A DNA stretch of 20,000 bases from IMG/VR virus record IMGVR_UViG_3300008113_000087; one strand, given 5' to 3'. This document shows positions 1-7,102 of this stretch, in pieces. The notes under the pieces are model-generated. The model ran no database searches, was not told the origin of the DNA, and saw only the letters and a program-made list of their open reading frames with translations. The translations under genes and the position numbers were made by a program. The first letter of the stretch is position 1. Every line of letters begins with the position of its first letter. The DNA comes from an uncultured virus (IMG/VR IMGVR_UViG_3300008113_000087). Lineage: Duplodnaviria > Heunggongvirae > Uroviricota > Caudoviricetes.

Positions 1-196
1 GTTTAGGTAAAAAATTCATTTCAATAAAGTTCGCTTCAATCTTTTGTTTGAGCGATTTGCTGACCAGAGACTTTATATCCTGTGGGTCAATATAATTTTC
101 TTCACAGTATTTAAGAACAGCATCAAGATGCGTACACTTTTTATCCTTCACTATCTGCTCAATGTATAACGAAAAAGAACCACTATCTTCAAACAT
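1..196 (-). CDS. gp33: T4 gp33-like late promoter transcription co-activator (3' end runs off window)
   Basis: Not in the ORF track. Manual translation from ATG at 196: MFEDSGSFSLYIEQIVKDKKCTHLDAVLKYCEENYIDPQDIKSLVSKSLKQKIEANFIEMNFLPK. This matches the gp33 pattern (F...IE.IV...DAV..YCEEN.I....LK.KIE..NFLPK). Confidence 0.85.
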   Translation of the reverse strand, partial: MFEDSGSFSLYIEQIVKDKKCTHLDAVLKYCEENYIDPQDIKSLVSKSLKQKIEANFIEMNFLPK

Positions 197-479
197 TAGT
201 TTCAACCTTTCGGATATAGGCATCAGCTGAAACGATTAAGCGATTCAACTCACTATATTCTTCTGACTTTTTATTATATAACTTCCACTCGGGTGTGTCA
301 AGTTTGGAAGAATCCATTCTCTTGTTACATTTATCCAAAAATTTGTCGAACCATGAGTCCATCTTTTGACGATCGCTAAGCAACGAATTGCGTAAACGCA
401 CTAGTGCTGGCAAATCACGATCAATTGCACACAAAGAAAACTTTTCATAATACTCAGAAACATGTAGTTCCATAATCAA
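189..479 (-). CDS. hypothetical phage protein
   Basis: 96-aa ORF overlapping both neighbours in a coupled arrangement; no recognisable motif. Confidence 0.7.
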   Translation of the reverse strand: MIMELHVSEYYEKFSLCAIDRDLPALVRLRNSLLSDRQKMDSWFDKFLDKCNKRMDSSKLDTPEWKLYNKKSEEYSELNRLIVSADAYIRKVETNV

Positions 480-811
480 CCTCTCCTCATTTTAGAAATT
501 TCAACAGCTTCTTCATTAGAAAACACAGGCACCGCATTAGACTTATGCATAGTAGCGATACCCTTCACCAAAGTACCAGTGTACACCTTAGAAGGTTTCA
601 GAGTAGCATTACCCAACCCACTGTTAAGACTAGGATGTCTAACAGTCTCGCGATGATATGCTGGCTGTGGTTTTGGCATAGCCACATTCTTCGGCAAAGA
701 TTTAGTTGGATACTTAGCAAGCATGGCTTCCCAAGATGCTTGCAACTCACGCTGTTTTTTAGTAGGCTTGCGCTTCTTCGCCTTTGGAATATGTGTATGT
801 ATAAGAATCAT
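476..811 (-). CDS. conserved hypothetical basic protein of T4-like phages
   Basis: C-terminal YTGTLVKGIATMHKSNAVPVFS..EA.EISKMRR motif, which I recall from T4-like environmental phages. Start placed at ATG 811, just after the promoter. Confidence 0.75.
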   Translation of the reverse strand: MILIHTHIPKAKKRKPTKKQRELQASWEAMLAKYPTKSLPKNVAMPKPQPAYHRETVRHPSLNSGLGNATLKPSKVYTGTLVKGIATMHKSNAVPVFSNEEAVEISKMRRG

Positions 812-817
812 AGTATA

Positions 818-846
818 ATTATACCCCAATCATGAATTAATGTCAA
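818..846 (-). promoter_or_regulatory. sigma70 consensus (early) promoter
   Basis: Minus strand reads TTGACA (846-841), 17 nt, TATAAT (823-818); ATG follows 6 nt downstream. Confidence 0.85.
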
Positions 847-858
847 GCATTACCAAGA

Positions 859-1224
859 TTATGCTGCTTCCCGAAAATATCCATAAGGCAAACCATTGAG
901 GAAACAGAAGTATTCCCAGTCGCCATCTGCTTGACTGGCATCCATAATCCAGCGGAGAGCAGTTGCCCGATCCCTCGCACCCATACAAATTGTGTTGGTA
1001 ACATGCTGCTCAAATTTGGCAGTGGCTTCTGCTTCAGCTTCCTTGCGAGCAATCTCTTCACGCTCGATGACTCGACCGAGAGTTTCGAATTCAGCCATGA
1101 ATTCTTCCTCAGTCCAATTAGTGGTATCGATACCACGAGGACGGACGCCATACGCATCCTTGTACATATCCCAGAACTGGCATTGCATTTGTTCCAACAC
1201 AGACATTTCTTCCCAGCTAGTCAT
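859..1224 (-). CDS. conserved hypothetical phage protein
   Basis: 121-aa ORF with DMYKDAYGVRPR and GLPYGYF motifs seen in phage early proteins; TAATG overlap with the upstream gene. Confidence 0.75.
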   Translation of the reverse strand: MTSWEEMSVLEQMQCQFWDMYKDAYGVRPRGIDTTNWTEEEFMAEFETLGRVIEREEIARKEAEAEATAKFEQHVTNTICMGARDRATALRWIMDASQADGDWEYFCFLNGLPYGYFREAA

Positions 1225-1484
1225 TATACAGTTTCCTTTGCTTCCATCATTTCACAGAGAATAAACTTCGCGATGTTAATGTTTTTGCGAGCTTGATCAG
1301 TTGCTTGATCATGACCAAAAGTCATTAATTCTTGCGCATCAGACAACACACCCATCGCAACCATTTCCAAACCACTCAAGCGAGCAGTAATAGAGTTCAT
1401 GTATTGGTCGCGGATATCGGCTTCAGTCATACCGTAGCAGTTTTTCTCAAATTCAGTCATTTCGTTCCCTTTATCAATCATCAT
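1224..1484 (-). CDS. hypothetical phage protein
   Basis: ORF directly after the promoter at 1491-1519. Start is either ATG 1484 (leaderless) or ATG 1460 (AAAGGGA Shine-Dalgarno). Confidence 0.7.
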   Translation of the reverse strand: MMIDKGNEMTEFEKNCYGMTEADIRDQYMNSITARLSGLEMVAMGVLSDAQELMTFGHDQATDQARKNINIAKFILCEMMEAKETV

Positions 1485-1490
1485 AAGACT

Positions 1491-1519
1491 ATTATACACG
1501 ATTATTGAATTAAAGTAAA
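1491..1519 (-). promoter_or_regulatory. sigma70-type early promoter
   Basis: Minus strand reads TTTACT, 17 nt, TATAAT. Nearly identical to the promoter at 14498-14526 (CTTTACTTTAATT...TATAATAGTCTTATGAT). Confidence 0.8.
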
Positions 1520-1531
1520 GCACTTTATGTG

Positions 1532-1609
1532 AAAAACCCTACTTTTAGTAGGGTTTTCTTGGTTTTTGGACCATTTTCAGCTAAAAACCCTTCAAAAAGT
1601 AGGGTTTTT
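1532..1609. repeat. pair of palindromes (AAAACCCTAC-N5-GTAGGGTTTT and a variant); terminator or operator
   Basis: 1532-1558 aaaaaccctacttttagtagggttttc and 1583-1609 aaaaacccttcaaaaagtagggttttt; the two are also inverted copies of each other. Confidence 0.7.
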
Positions 1610-1617
1610 TGTGATTT

Positions 1618-1857
1618 TCACTTTTTATTCAGTATTGGAGCGGATTCAGCCCTCTTGCCCGACGCTGCATAGGCTACGCAGACCATATCATTGGGTTCTG
1701 CATAAGAACAACGAACTGCCATCGGGTCAATACCTCTTTCCATAGCCAAAGCCATGGTCTTAGAAATATTTTCTTGCTCTTTCGTATGATAATACGCTAC
1801 TGAAGCGATCATTGCAATGAAACAGAATACCGCAGCGACAATAATTTCTATCTTCAT
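1618..1857 (-). CDS. hypothetical membrane-anchored protein
   Basis: 79 aa with an N-terminal hydrophobic helix and two C-terminal Cys (VRCSY...VCVAY). Confidence 0.7.
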   Translation of the reverse strand: MKIEIIVAAVFCFIAMIASVAYYHTKEQENISKTMALAMERGIDPMAVRCSYAEPNDMVCVAYAASGKRAESAPILNKK

Positions 1858-1973
1858 TGTTTACCTTTCAACATTGCTGAAAGTTTTTCTTGAATCACCT
1901 TTGCCCAGAATGGCTGAGGTAAATTCCAACCAATAAAAGCTCCTACTGCTACCCATAATAGTGTGTCTAACAT
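1854..1973 (-). CDS. small membrane protein (39 aa)
   Basis: Not in the ORF track. MLDTLLWVAVGAFIGWNLPQPFWAKVIQEKLSAMLKGKQ, with an AAGGAG SD and an ATGA overlap with the next gene. Confidence 0.75.
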   Translation of the reverse strand: MLDTLLWVAVGAFIGWNLPQPFWAKVIQEKLSAMLKGKQ

Positions 1974-1984
1974 TTTTCTTCTCC

Positions 1985-2161
1985 TTATCGTGAGCCATCA
2001 TCAATAATAAATCTAAACCAAAGTGGACCAAGATATATTGCTATACCGTGAAGTGCACTGTGGTCAAATTCGTCAGTTGGCGACTCTATTTTTATTCTCC
2101 AGTGATATGGATTGACAACAAAGCCAAACCAAATTCCAGAGTACCTTAAAAAATCCATCAT
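1985..2161 (-). CDS. small hypothetical protein (58 aa)
   Basis: Not in the ORF track. MMDFLRYSGIWFGFVVNPYHWRIK...GPLWFRFIIDDGSR fills the gap between clpP and the 39-aa gene exactly. Confidence 0.65.
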   Translation of the reverse strand: MMDFLRYSGIWFGFVVNPYHWRIKIESPTDEFDHSALHGIAIYLGPLWFRFIIDDGSR

Positions 2162-2162
2162 C

Positions 2163-2735
2163 TTATTTTAAATCTTTTACTTGATCACACAATCCAAGTT
2201 TTTGGGCTTCCTCAGCGGATAACCAAATATCTTGGGGTGGTAGTAAAGTTTCGCGTATCTTTATCTCACTCAAACCAGTGCATTTTCTGTAGTGAGCGAT
2301 CATCCTTTTTGTAGTTAAATCAAATTCCTTTACCGTAGCAAAAAGTTCATGCTCTTTTCCAAACGCACCCCATGAGTATTGGTGACTCAGAACTGAAGTG
2401 TTTGGTGTTAGGACACGCATACCTTTAGTTCCTGCTGTGAAGACTAAAAGTCCTGCGCTAGATACTTGTCCCAATCCGATTGTTCTTACTGGTATCGCAG
2501 ATCCACGTATAACATCTATCAGAGCAAACGCTGCTGTAAGATCTCCACCTGGACTTGTTATCAGTAAGTTTAATAATGAGGGTCTTTCCTCGGCAAAGTT
2601 TGCCTCAAAGATCCACTCTACTGCTTGTTTTGCAACAGTTAAATTAATATCCTCCATTAGAGGGAAGAACGAATGCGACAAACTGTCGCTCGTTTTCAAT
2701 TCTAGATTTAATTTTTGCATCATGTTGGTGGGCAT
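2163..2735 (-). CDS. clpP: ClpP-like protease (S14 family)
   Basis: ITSPGGD motif, catalytic Ser in GQVSSAG, His in LSHQ, DIWLSAEEAQKLGLCD C-terminal motif. GGAGA SD before ATG 2735. Confidence 0.9.
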   Translation of the reverse strand: MPTNMMQKLNLELKTSDSLSHSFFPLMEDINLTVAKQAVEWIFEANFAEERPSLLNLLITSPGGDLTAAFALIDVIRGSAIPVRTIGLGQVSSAGLLVFTAGTKGMRVLTPNTSVLSHQYSWGAFGKEHELFATVKEFDLTTKRMIAHYRKCTGLSEIKIRETLLPPQDIWLSAEEAQKLGLCDQVKDLK

Positions 2736-3279
2736 ACTTCTCTCCATGTTTATAAAAAATGTGTGAACCAATCTTAACAGTTCTATTTAGATGATTCCAC
2801 TTTGGGTTCACATAATCAGCGTGGTAAAACAGCGCACCATCTGTATTATCTTTTATGGTATGAGAGTTTACATATAGGTCTAATGCCACATTATATACTT
2901 TTTCATACACATCTTTTTGTCTATCAGAAAAAAGACGTTCTTTATTATAAGCCATAGATCTTTCGCGATCTTGGCAATACCATGAGAATTGACATGTTCT
3001 ATGGCTTCTTTCTTTCACAACAGAGCATATATTGTTTCCAAACTGCCCAGAACGAACACGATTGAGGGTTACTATACCCACTGCTCTTTGACCTTCGATT
3101 GGTTCATATGCTGCTTCGAAAAATATATTATCTGCTAAACACTCTACTTCCGCTCTAGCCTTATTGGTTAATTGATCCGCTGTTACACGAATAGGAAATA
3201 GTGAGTTGTTATTTGCCAACACTATTGTTGTTATTGAAAATACTATCGTTGTTATTATTAGAAAAATTGTTTTGTGCAA
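2644..3279 (-). CDS. SleB-like cell wall hydrolase (Hydrolase_2)
   Basis: CLADNIFFEA..E...GQ.AV..VTLNRV, CQFSW, TDGALFYHADYVNPKW, IGSHIFY motifs; N-terminal signal/TM segment; TTG start with AGGAG SD. Confidence 0.9.
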   Translation of the reverse strand: MHKTIFLIITTIVFSITTIVLANNNSLFPIRVTADQLTNKARAEVECLADNIFFEAAYEPIEGQRAVGIVTLNRVRSGQFGNNICSVVKERSHRTCQFSWYCQDRERSMAYNKERLFSDRQKDVYEKVYNVALDLYVNSHTIKDNTDGALFYHADYVNPKWNHLNRTVKIGSHIFYKHGEKYAHQHDAKIKSRIENERQFVAFVLPSNGGY

Positions 3280-3298
3280 TTTTATCTCCTTAATTAGT

Positions 3299-3328
3299 TA
3301 AAGGAAGGTATGCGTGAACATACCTTCC
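3299..3328 (-). terminator. hairpin, probable intrinsic terminator
   Basis: 10-bp perfect stem GGAAGGTATG / CATACCTTCC (3303-3328), followed by TTT on the minus strand, just after the stop of 3339-3617. Confidence 0.6.
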
Positions 3329-3338
3329 CGATCCCGTA

Positions 3339-3617
3339 TCAGGTTGACTTCTTGCTAATAGTCTTTGTTGTATCTTGGGGGACGTTTGAAACGAAACCAT
3401 TTAGGACTTGCGCCTTTGCAATGATATCGCTTTCGACTGGATAAGCAGGGAATCCTGGATGATCAGGAATCGTGCCACCATTGATTTTAGCAGATTCGAC
3501 TTTCGTTTGCCAGTCGTTGCTAATTACTTCACGCTTACCGTAGTATTCCTCGGAAAGCATATCCTTCGCCATTTTTAAAAGTTCTAGGCGAATCTCGAAC
3601 GGGGTCAAGTTACTCAT
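3339..3617 (-). CDS. conserved hypothetical protein of T4-like phages
   Basis: PFEIRLELLKMAKDML...P...DIIAKA..LN.FVS motif; strong AAGGAG SD; preceded by a late promoter. Confidence 0.8.
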   Translation of the reverse strand: MSNLTPFEIRLELLKMAKDMLSEEYYGKREVISNDWQTKVESAKINGGTIPDHPGFPAYPVESDIIAKAQVLNGFVSNVPQDTTKTISKKST

Positions 3618-3691
3618 GTTTTACTCCTTGTGTGTTATGAGTTGTGTGTAATGAAGGTTTTATTGGGATCCTTCAACCCACTGTGTATCAT

Positions 3692-3699
3692 TATTTATA
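3692..3699 (-). promoter_or_regulatory. T4-type late promoter TATAAATA
   Basis: Exact TATAAATA on the minus strand in an intergenic region; gp33 is present in the window. Confidence 0.75.
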
Positions 3700-3713
3700 T
3701 AATACCTGATTGC

Positions 3714-5204
3714 TCAATATAAAGCAAGTTTCTTTTTTATGTATTGGTTTTCAAATGGCGCAATTTTATAGACAAGATCATCAGCATGTTGCCTTGTAAA
3801 TGCACTATTTCTAATGGTTTGGATATCTAGACCACTATATGATGCAACTCCCCAAACATCCCACGAATCTAGATATGCATTTTGATTGTCGCCAGTATTT
3901 GCAGACGACCAAGCGACTGCTTTGTCTTTGTTTCCATATTCGTTTTCCCAATTAACACTATATGGATACGCACCATTATGTTTAAAATCTTCCATATCTA
4001 ATTCCGCTGGGATTTCTTTATATCCATATTTAGATAAATCCTCGCCCATGGCTGAGAGTTTGATTGCTCCATCTTGTTCAGATATTTTTTTATGTATTGT
4101 CAATGGATAAAACACCCAATGCTGGTCCATCCAATTTTCTTTAAACCATTTTACAGTATTGTCAAGCGACTCATAAGATTCTCTAGGTAACCCTGTAATC
4201 ATAGACATAGTTGATACATACAATCCAAGTTCTTTATTGAACAGCTCTCTCATTTCTAATGCTGTTTGTTTATTCTTGTCTGGGTGTAAACCCTTTCCAA
4301 TCAGTTTTCCGCTTTCATGATTAAAAGTTTCTACACCATAGTATTGTCCCCAGATGCGCGACTCTAGCAATAATTCTCTATCCCGAATATTATTGTAAAG
4401 TAAATCTAGTCTAACGAATCCAGTGAAATTTGGTTTAAATGACAATCGTTTTACAGCTGATGAAAACTTTATTAACTTCTCTTCATTACTGTTAATAGTT
4501 TCATCTGCGATCGCGTAATTTATAACACCCCACTTATCGTAATTAGATTGGAGTTCGCGATACATGTCTTCTTCAGTTCTTGAGGTATCACCCCTTACAC
4601 CAAGGATCGGATATGAACAATATTTACATTTAAATTTACATCCTCGTTCTAACTCAATAGTCAATACATCAGATGGTAATATGAAATCTCTATCTTCATA
4701 TTCTATTGAGTATGACCCACCAACTGTTTCTGGTGGATAGGCTGGATACATGTGAATCGCATTAATCAACCATCCATTTTTAAGTGGAATACCCTTTATT
4801 TTACCATTAGAGAAAGCATGATTTAGTGCTTCAACAACAGCAAGTTCTCCGTAACCATTAATGTAATAATCAGCATCAAGATCTTTATAGTAAATGTCTT
4901 GCCCACCAAGTATAATTTTTAATTCTGGATATTTTAATCTAATAAAAGAAATTATTGATTTGTATGTTTCATATCTAGATAACCAAGTTATGGAAAATCC
5001 TATCCACTTAATTTGGTTCTGAGAAATTCTTGAGTCTATAAGTTCTACTAATAGATTACTCCTCCAAGCAGGTAAACGATCGATTACCTCAACATCAATA
5101 CCCATAGTTTGTCTGAGATAGTGCGCTATTCTATATGCGCCAGGAGATCTTTCGAGACTTGTCTGCCAACCAAGAGATGTAAATATTAATCCGTTTGCGT
5201 TCAT
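3714..5204 (-). CDS. radical SAM protein with a probable N-terminal cobalamin-binding-like domain
   Basis: ERGCKFKCKYC (CxxxCxxC), ADET, GVET, ITGLPRES; N-terminal GAYRIAHYLR..GFS..IILGG..GYGE as in class B radical SAM enzymes. Confidence 0.85.
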   Translation of the reverse strand: MNANGLIFTSLGWQTSLERSPGAYRIAHYLRQTMGIDVEVIDRLPAWRSNLLVELIDSRISQNQIKWIGFSITWLSRYETYKSIISFIRLKYPELKIILGGQDIYYKDLDADYYINGYGELAVVEALNHAFSNGKIKGIPLKNGWLINAIHMYPAYPPETVGGSYSIEYEDRDFILPSDVLTIELERGCKFKCKYCSYPILGVRGDTSRTEEDMYRELQSNYDKWGVINYAIADETINSNEEKLIKFSSAVKRLSFKPNFTGFVRLDLLYNNIRDRELLLESRIWGQYYGVETFNHESGKLIGKGLHPDKNKQTALEMRELFNKELGLYVSTMSMITGLPRESYESLDNTVKWFKENWMDQHWVFYPLTIHKKISEQDGAIKLSAMGEDLSKYGYKEIPAELDMEDFKHNGAYPYSVNWENEYGNKDKAVAWSSANTGDNQNAYLDSWDVWGVASYSGLDIQTIRNSAFTRQHADDLVYKIAPFENQYIKKKLALY

Positions 5205-5217
5205 GCTTACCTATAAT

Positions 5218-5252
5218 AAAAGACCGACTGATTAAGTGATAAGGACAGTCGG
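5218..5252 (-). terminator. 3' hairpin/terminator of tmRNA coding piece
   Basis: CCGACTG...CAGTCGG stem followed by TCTTTT on the minus strand. Confidence 0.5.
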
Positions 5253-5512
5253 CGAAACCTCAGCTATGCTTAGGCAGCGATAGCAAATAACTCATCGTTT
5301 GCAGTTATTGATTTTGCTTGATTTACGGTCATCGCCTACCGTGTTGCCGTCTCTACTATCTCACGCTGTCGAAACCTAGTCACCCCCATCAGAAGAATTT
5401 TATCTTTCACAAACAGAGCCAGTCTTATCTGCTGGGTGCTAAAACGCTTCTGGTGGAGGTGGGGAGAATCGAACTCCCGTCCAACATGCCTTCGCTTTGA
5501 AGGGATTACAAC
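5218..5512 (-). ncRNA. ssrA: circularly permuted (two-piece) tmRNA
   Basis: Minus-strand order: acceptor piece ending GGGAGTTCGATTCTCCCCACCTCCACCA (CCA end at 5451), 63-nt intervening sequence (5450-5388), then the coding piece starting GGGGGTGACTAGGTTTCGAC (5387). Acceptor stem GGGGGTG/CACCTCC has the G3.U alanine identity pair. Tag ORF 5302-5270 = ANDELFAIAA*. Outer ends are approximate. Confidence 0.9.
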
Positions 5513-5514
5513 AA

Positions 5515-6225
5515 TTACTTCCAGTATTTAGAATAATCTACATTATTCCAATGCTGTTCATTATTTCGGTATAAGAAGTTTTTAATAAGATACCATGCCA
5601 TTCCAAAATATCCCATCTTCTGAAATCTTCTGCTGTCTTGACCGAAGTAATGTTTCATCAGTTTAAATTTCTTGGTGTCATACATCTTAGACAAAAAGAA
5701 ATCTTCACTGGTACCATACTTCTCGGCAAAGCCACCGAACTCTTCATATTTAGTTTTTCTGGTTAACATAAATGCACCAACAGCGAATGGGACTTTATAT
5801 TGCATAATGCTGTTTACGAAATTAAATATCATGAAACCGATCTGCGCTCTTATGTCACCATCATAGCACTTTACACGCAATCCGATTAAATCCAAATTAT
5901 TTTGTTCTAGTTCATTTACTGCGTCGACTATAACAGTGTCGGAGAAAAATCTCACATCACTATCAATGAATAGAATGTATGGGGTGGTAACAAGTTTAGC
6001 TCCACTGTTTTTAGCAAACGAAACTGGACCACCATCAATAATCTCTACATTCAGATCACCCTTCATTATTTTTATAACTTCTCGGGTATTATCCGTAGAA
6101 CAATCTGCGATGATAATTCTAGTATCACCTATTGATTGCTGGCGCAGATGCATTAACAAATGCGCGATATAGTTCTCTTCGTTTTTACAAGGAACTACAA
6201 TTGTTATTTTATTACTTAATGACAT
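5515..6225 (-). CDS. glycosyltransferase family 2
   Basis: ITIVVPCKNEE, IIIADCSTDNT, ILFIDSD (DxD) and SED motifs. Confidence 0.9.
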   Translation of the reverse strand: MSLSNKITIVVPCKNEENYIAHLLMHLRQQSIGDTRIIIADCSTDNTREVIKIMKGDLNVEIIDGGPVSFAKNSGAKLVTTPYILFIDSDVRFFSDTVIVDAVNELEQNNLDLIGLRVKCYDGDIRAQIGFMIFNFVNSIMQYKVPFAVGAFMLTRKTKYEEFGGFAEKYGTSEDFFLSKMYDTKKFKLMKHYFGQDSRRFQKMGYFGMAWYLIKNFLYRNNEQHWNNVDYSKYWK

Positions 6226-6343
6226 GTGTACGTTTATGTTTCAATGATTTCTTTAATGCTTTTAACCACAGTTTCTTTTCTTTTACTCTATCATGATTGA
6301 CGCATGCTAGATACATCTTCTTCACTATCTCTTTCACTTTCAT
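6212..6343 (-). CDS. small basic hypothetical protein (43 aa)
   Basis: Not in the ORF track. MKVKEIVKKMYLACVNHDRVKEKKLWLKALKKSLKHKRTHVIK with an AAGGAG SD; overlaps both neighbours. Confidence 0.6.
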   Translation of the reverse strand: MKVKEIVKKMYLACVNHDRVKEKKLWLKALKKSLKHKRTHVIK

Positions 6344-7094
6344 TGTCTGTCTCCTTTGTCCACGTTACTATTTCCCAGCGTCCATCATGGTGCTCAACAA
6401 GAGCAGTGCATGATTCAACCCAGTCTCCGTCATTCATATATGTTACACCATCAATGTCTTTAATTTCAGCATGATGAATATGACCACAAATAACTCCATC
6501 GTAACCTCGCTTCTTACAGTATGCTGCAAGATTGCGCTCGAACTGAAATATAAAGTCTACTGCTTTTTTGACTTTATGTTTAAGAAACTTGCTAAGGCTA
6601 AAGTACCCAAAACCCAAACGACGACGAACCCAATTAAATTTATTGTTGAGGCTAAGAACAATGTCATACGCTTTATCTCCTAAGAATGCTATCCAAGGTG
6701 CTAGTCTAGTAATACCATCGAACAAGTCACCATGTGTAACTAGATATCGTTTACCATCCACACCTACATGTTCTGTTTGGTTTTTAATTTCTATCAGACC
6801 AAAAGAAAACCCATATGGTATCATCGGTCTTAAAAACTCATCGTGGTTACCTGCTACGTAGATTACTTTTGTTCCACGTTTAGCGTGACCCAGTATTCTG
6901 CGGACAACATTCGTATGACTCTGCTTCCAGCGCCACTTGTTTTGTTGTATTTTCCAGGCATCAATAATATCACCCACTAGATATAATGTCTCACAGGTGT
7001 TGTGTTTGAGAAAGTTGTTTAACTTTTTGGCTTGACAATCATTGGTACCAAGATGGACATCACTTATAAAAATTGTTCTGTATGTTTTGTCCAT
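6291..7094 (-). CDS. LpxH/YbbF-family metallophosphoesterase, PlcP (phospholipase C)-like
   Basis: ISDVHLG, LVGDIID, AGNHD, THGD.FD, CGHIH, YMNDGDWVESCTALVE motifs. Confidence 0.85.
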   Translation of the reverse strand: MDKTYRTIFISDVHLGTNDCQAKKLNNFLKHNTCETLYLVGDIIDAWKIQQNKWRWKQSHTNVVRRILGHAKRGTKVIYVAGNHDEFLRPMIPYGFSFGLIEIKNQTEHVGVDGKRYLVTHGDLFDGITRLAPWIAFLGDKAYDIVLSLNNKFNWVRRRLGFGYFSLSKFLKHKVKKAVDFIFQFERNLAAYCKKRGYDGVICGHIHHAEIKDIDGVTYMNDGDWVESCTALVEHHDGRWEIVTWTKETDNESERDSEEDVSSMRQS

Positions 7095-7102
7095 AAGTTT
7101 AC

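Noticed and set aside
5451..5482. Possible tRNA gene or attP tRNA fragment (T-arm + CCA)
   Set aside because: There is no anticodon arm; it is explained as the acceptor piece of the permuted tmRNA.
5318..5500. 60-aa plus-strand ORF
   Set aside because: It is antisense to the tmRNA gene.
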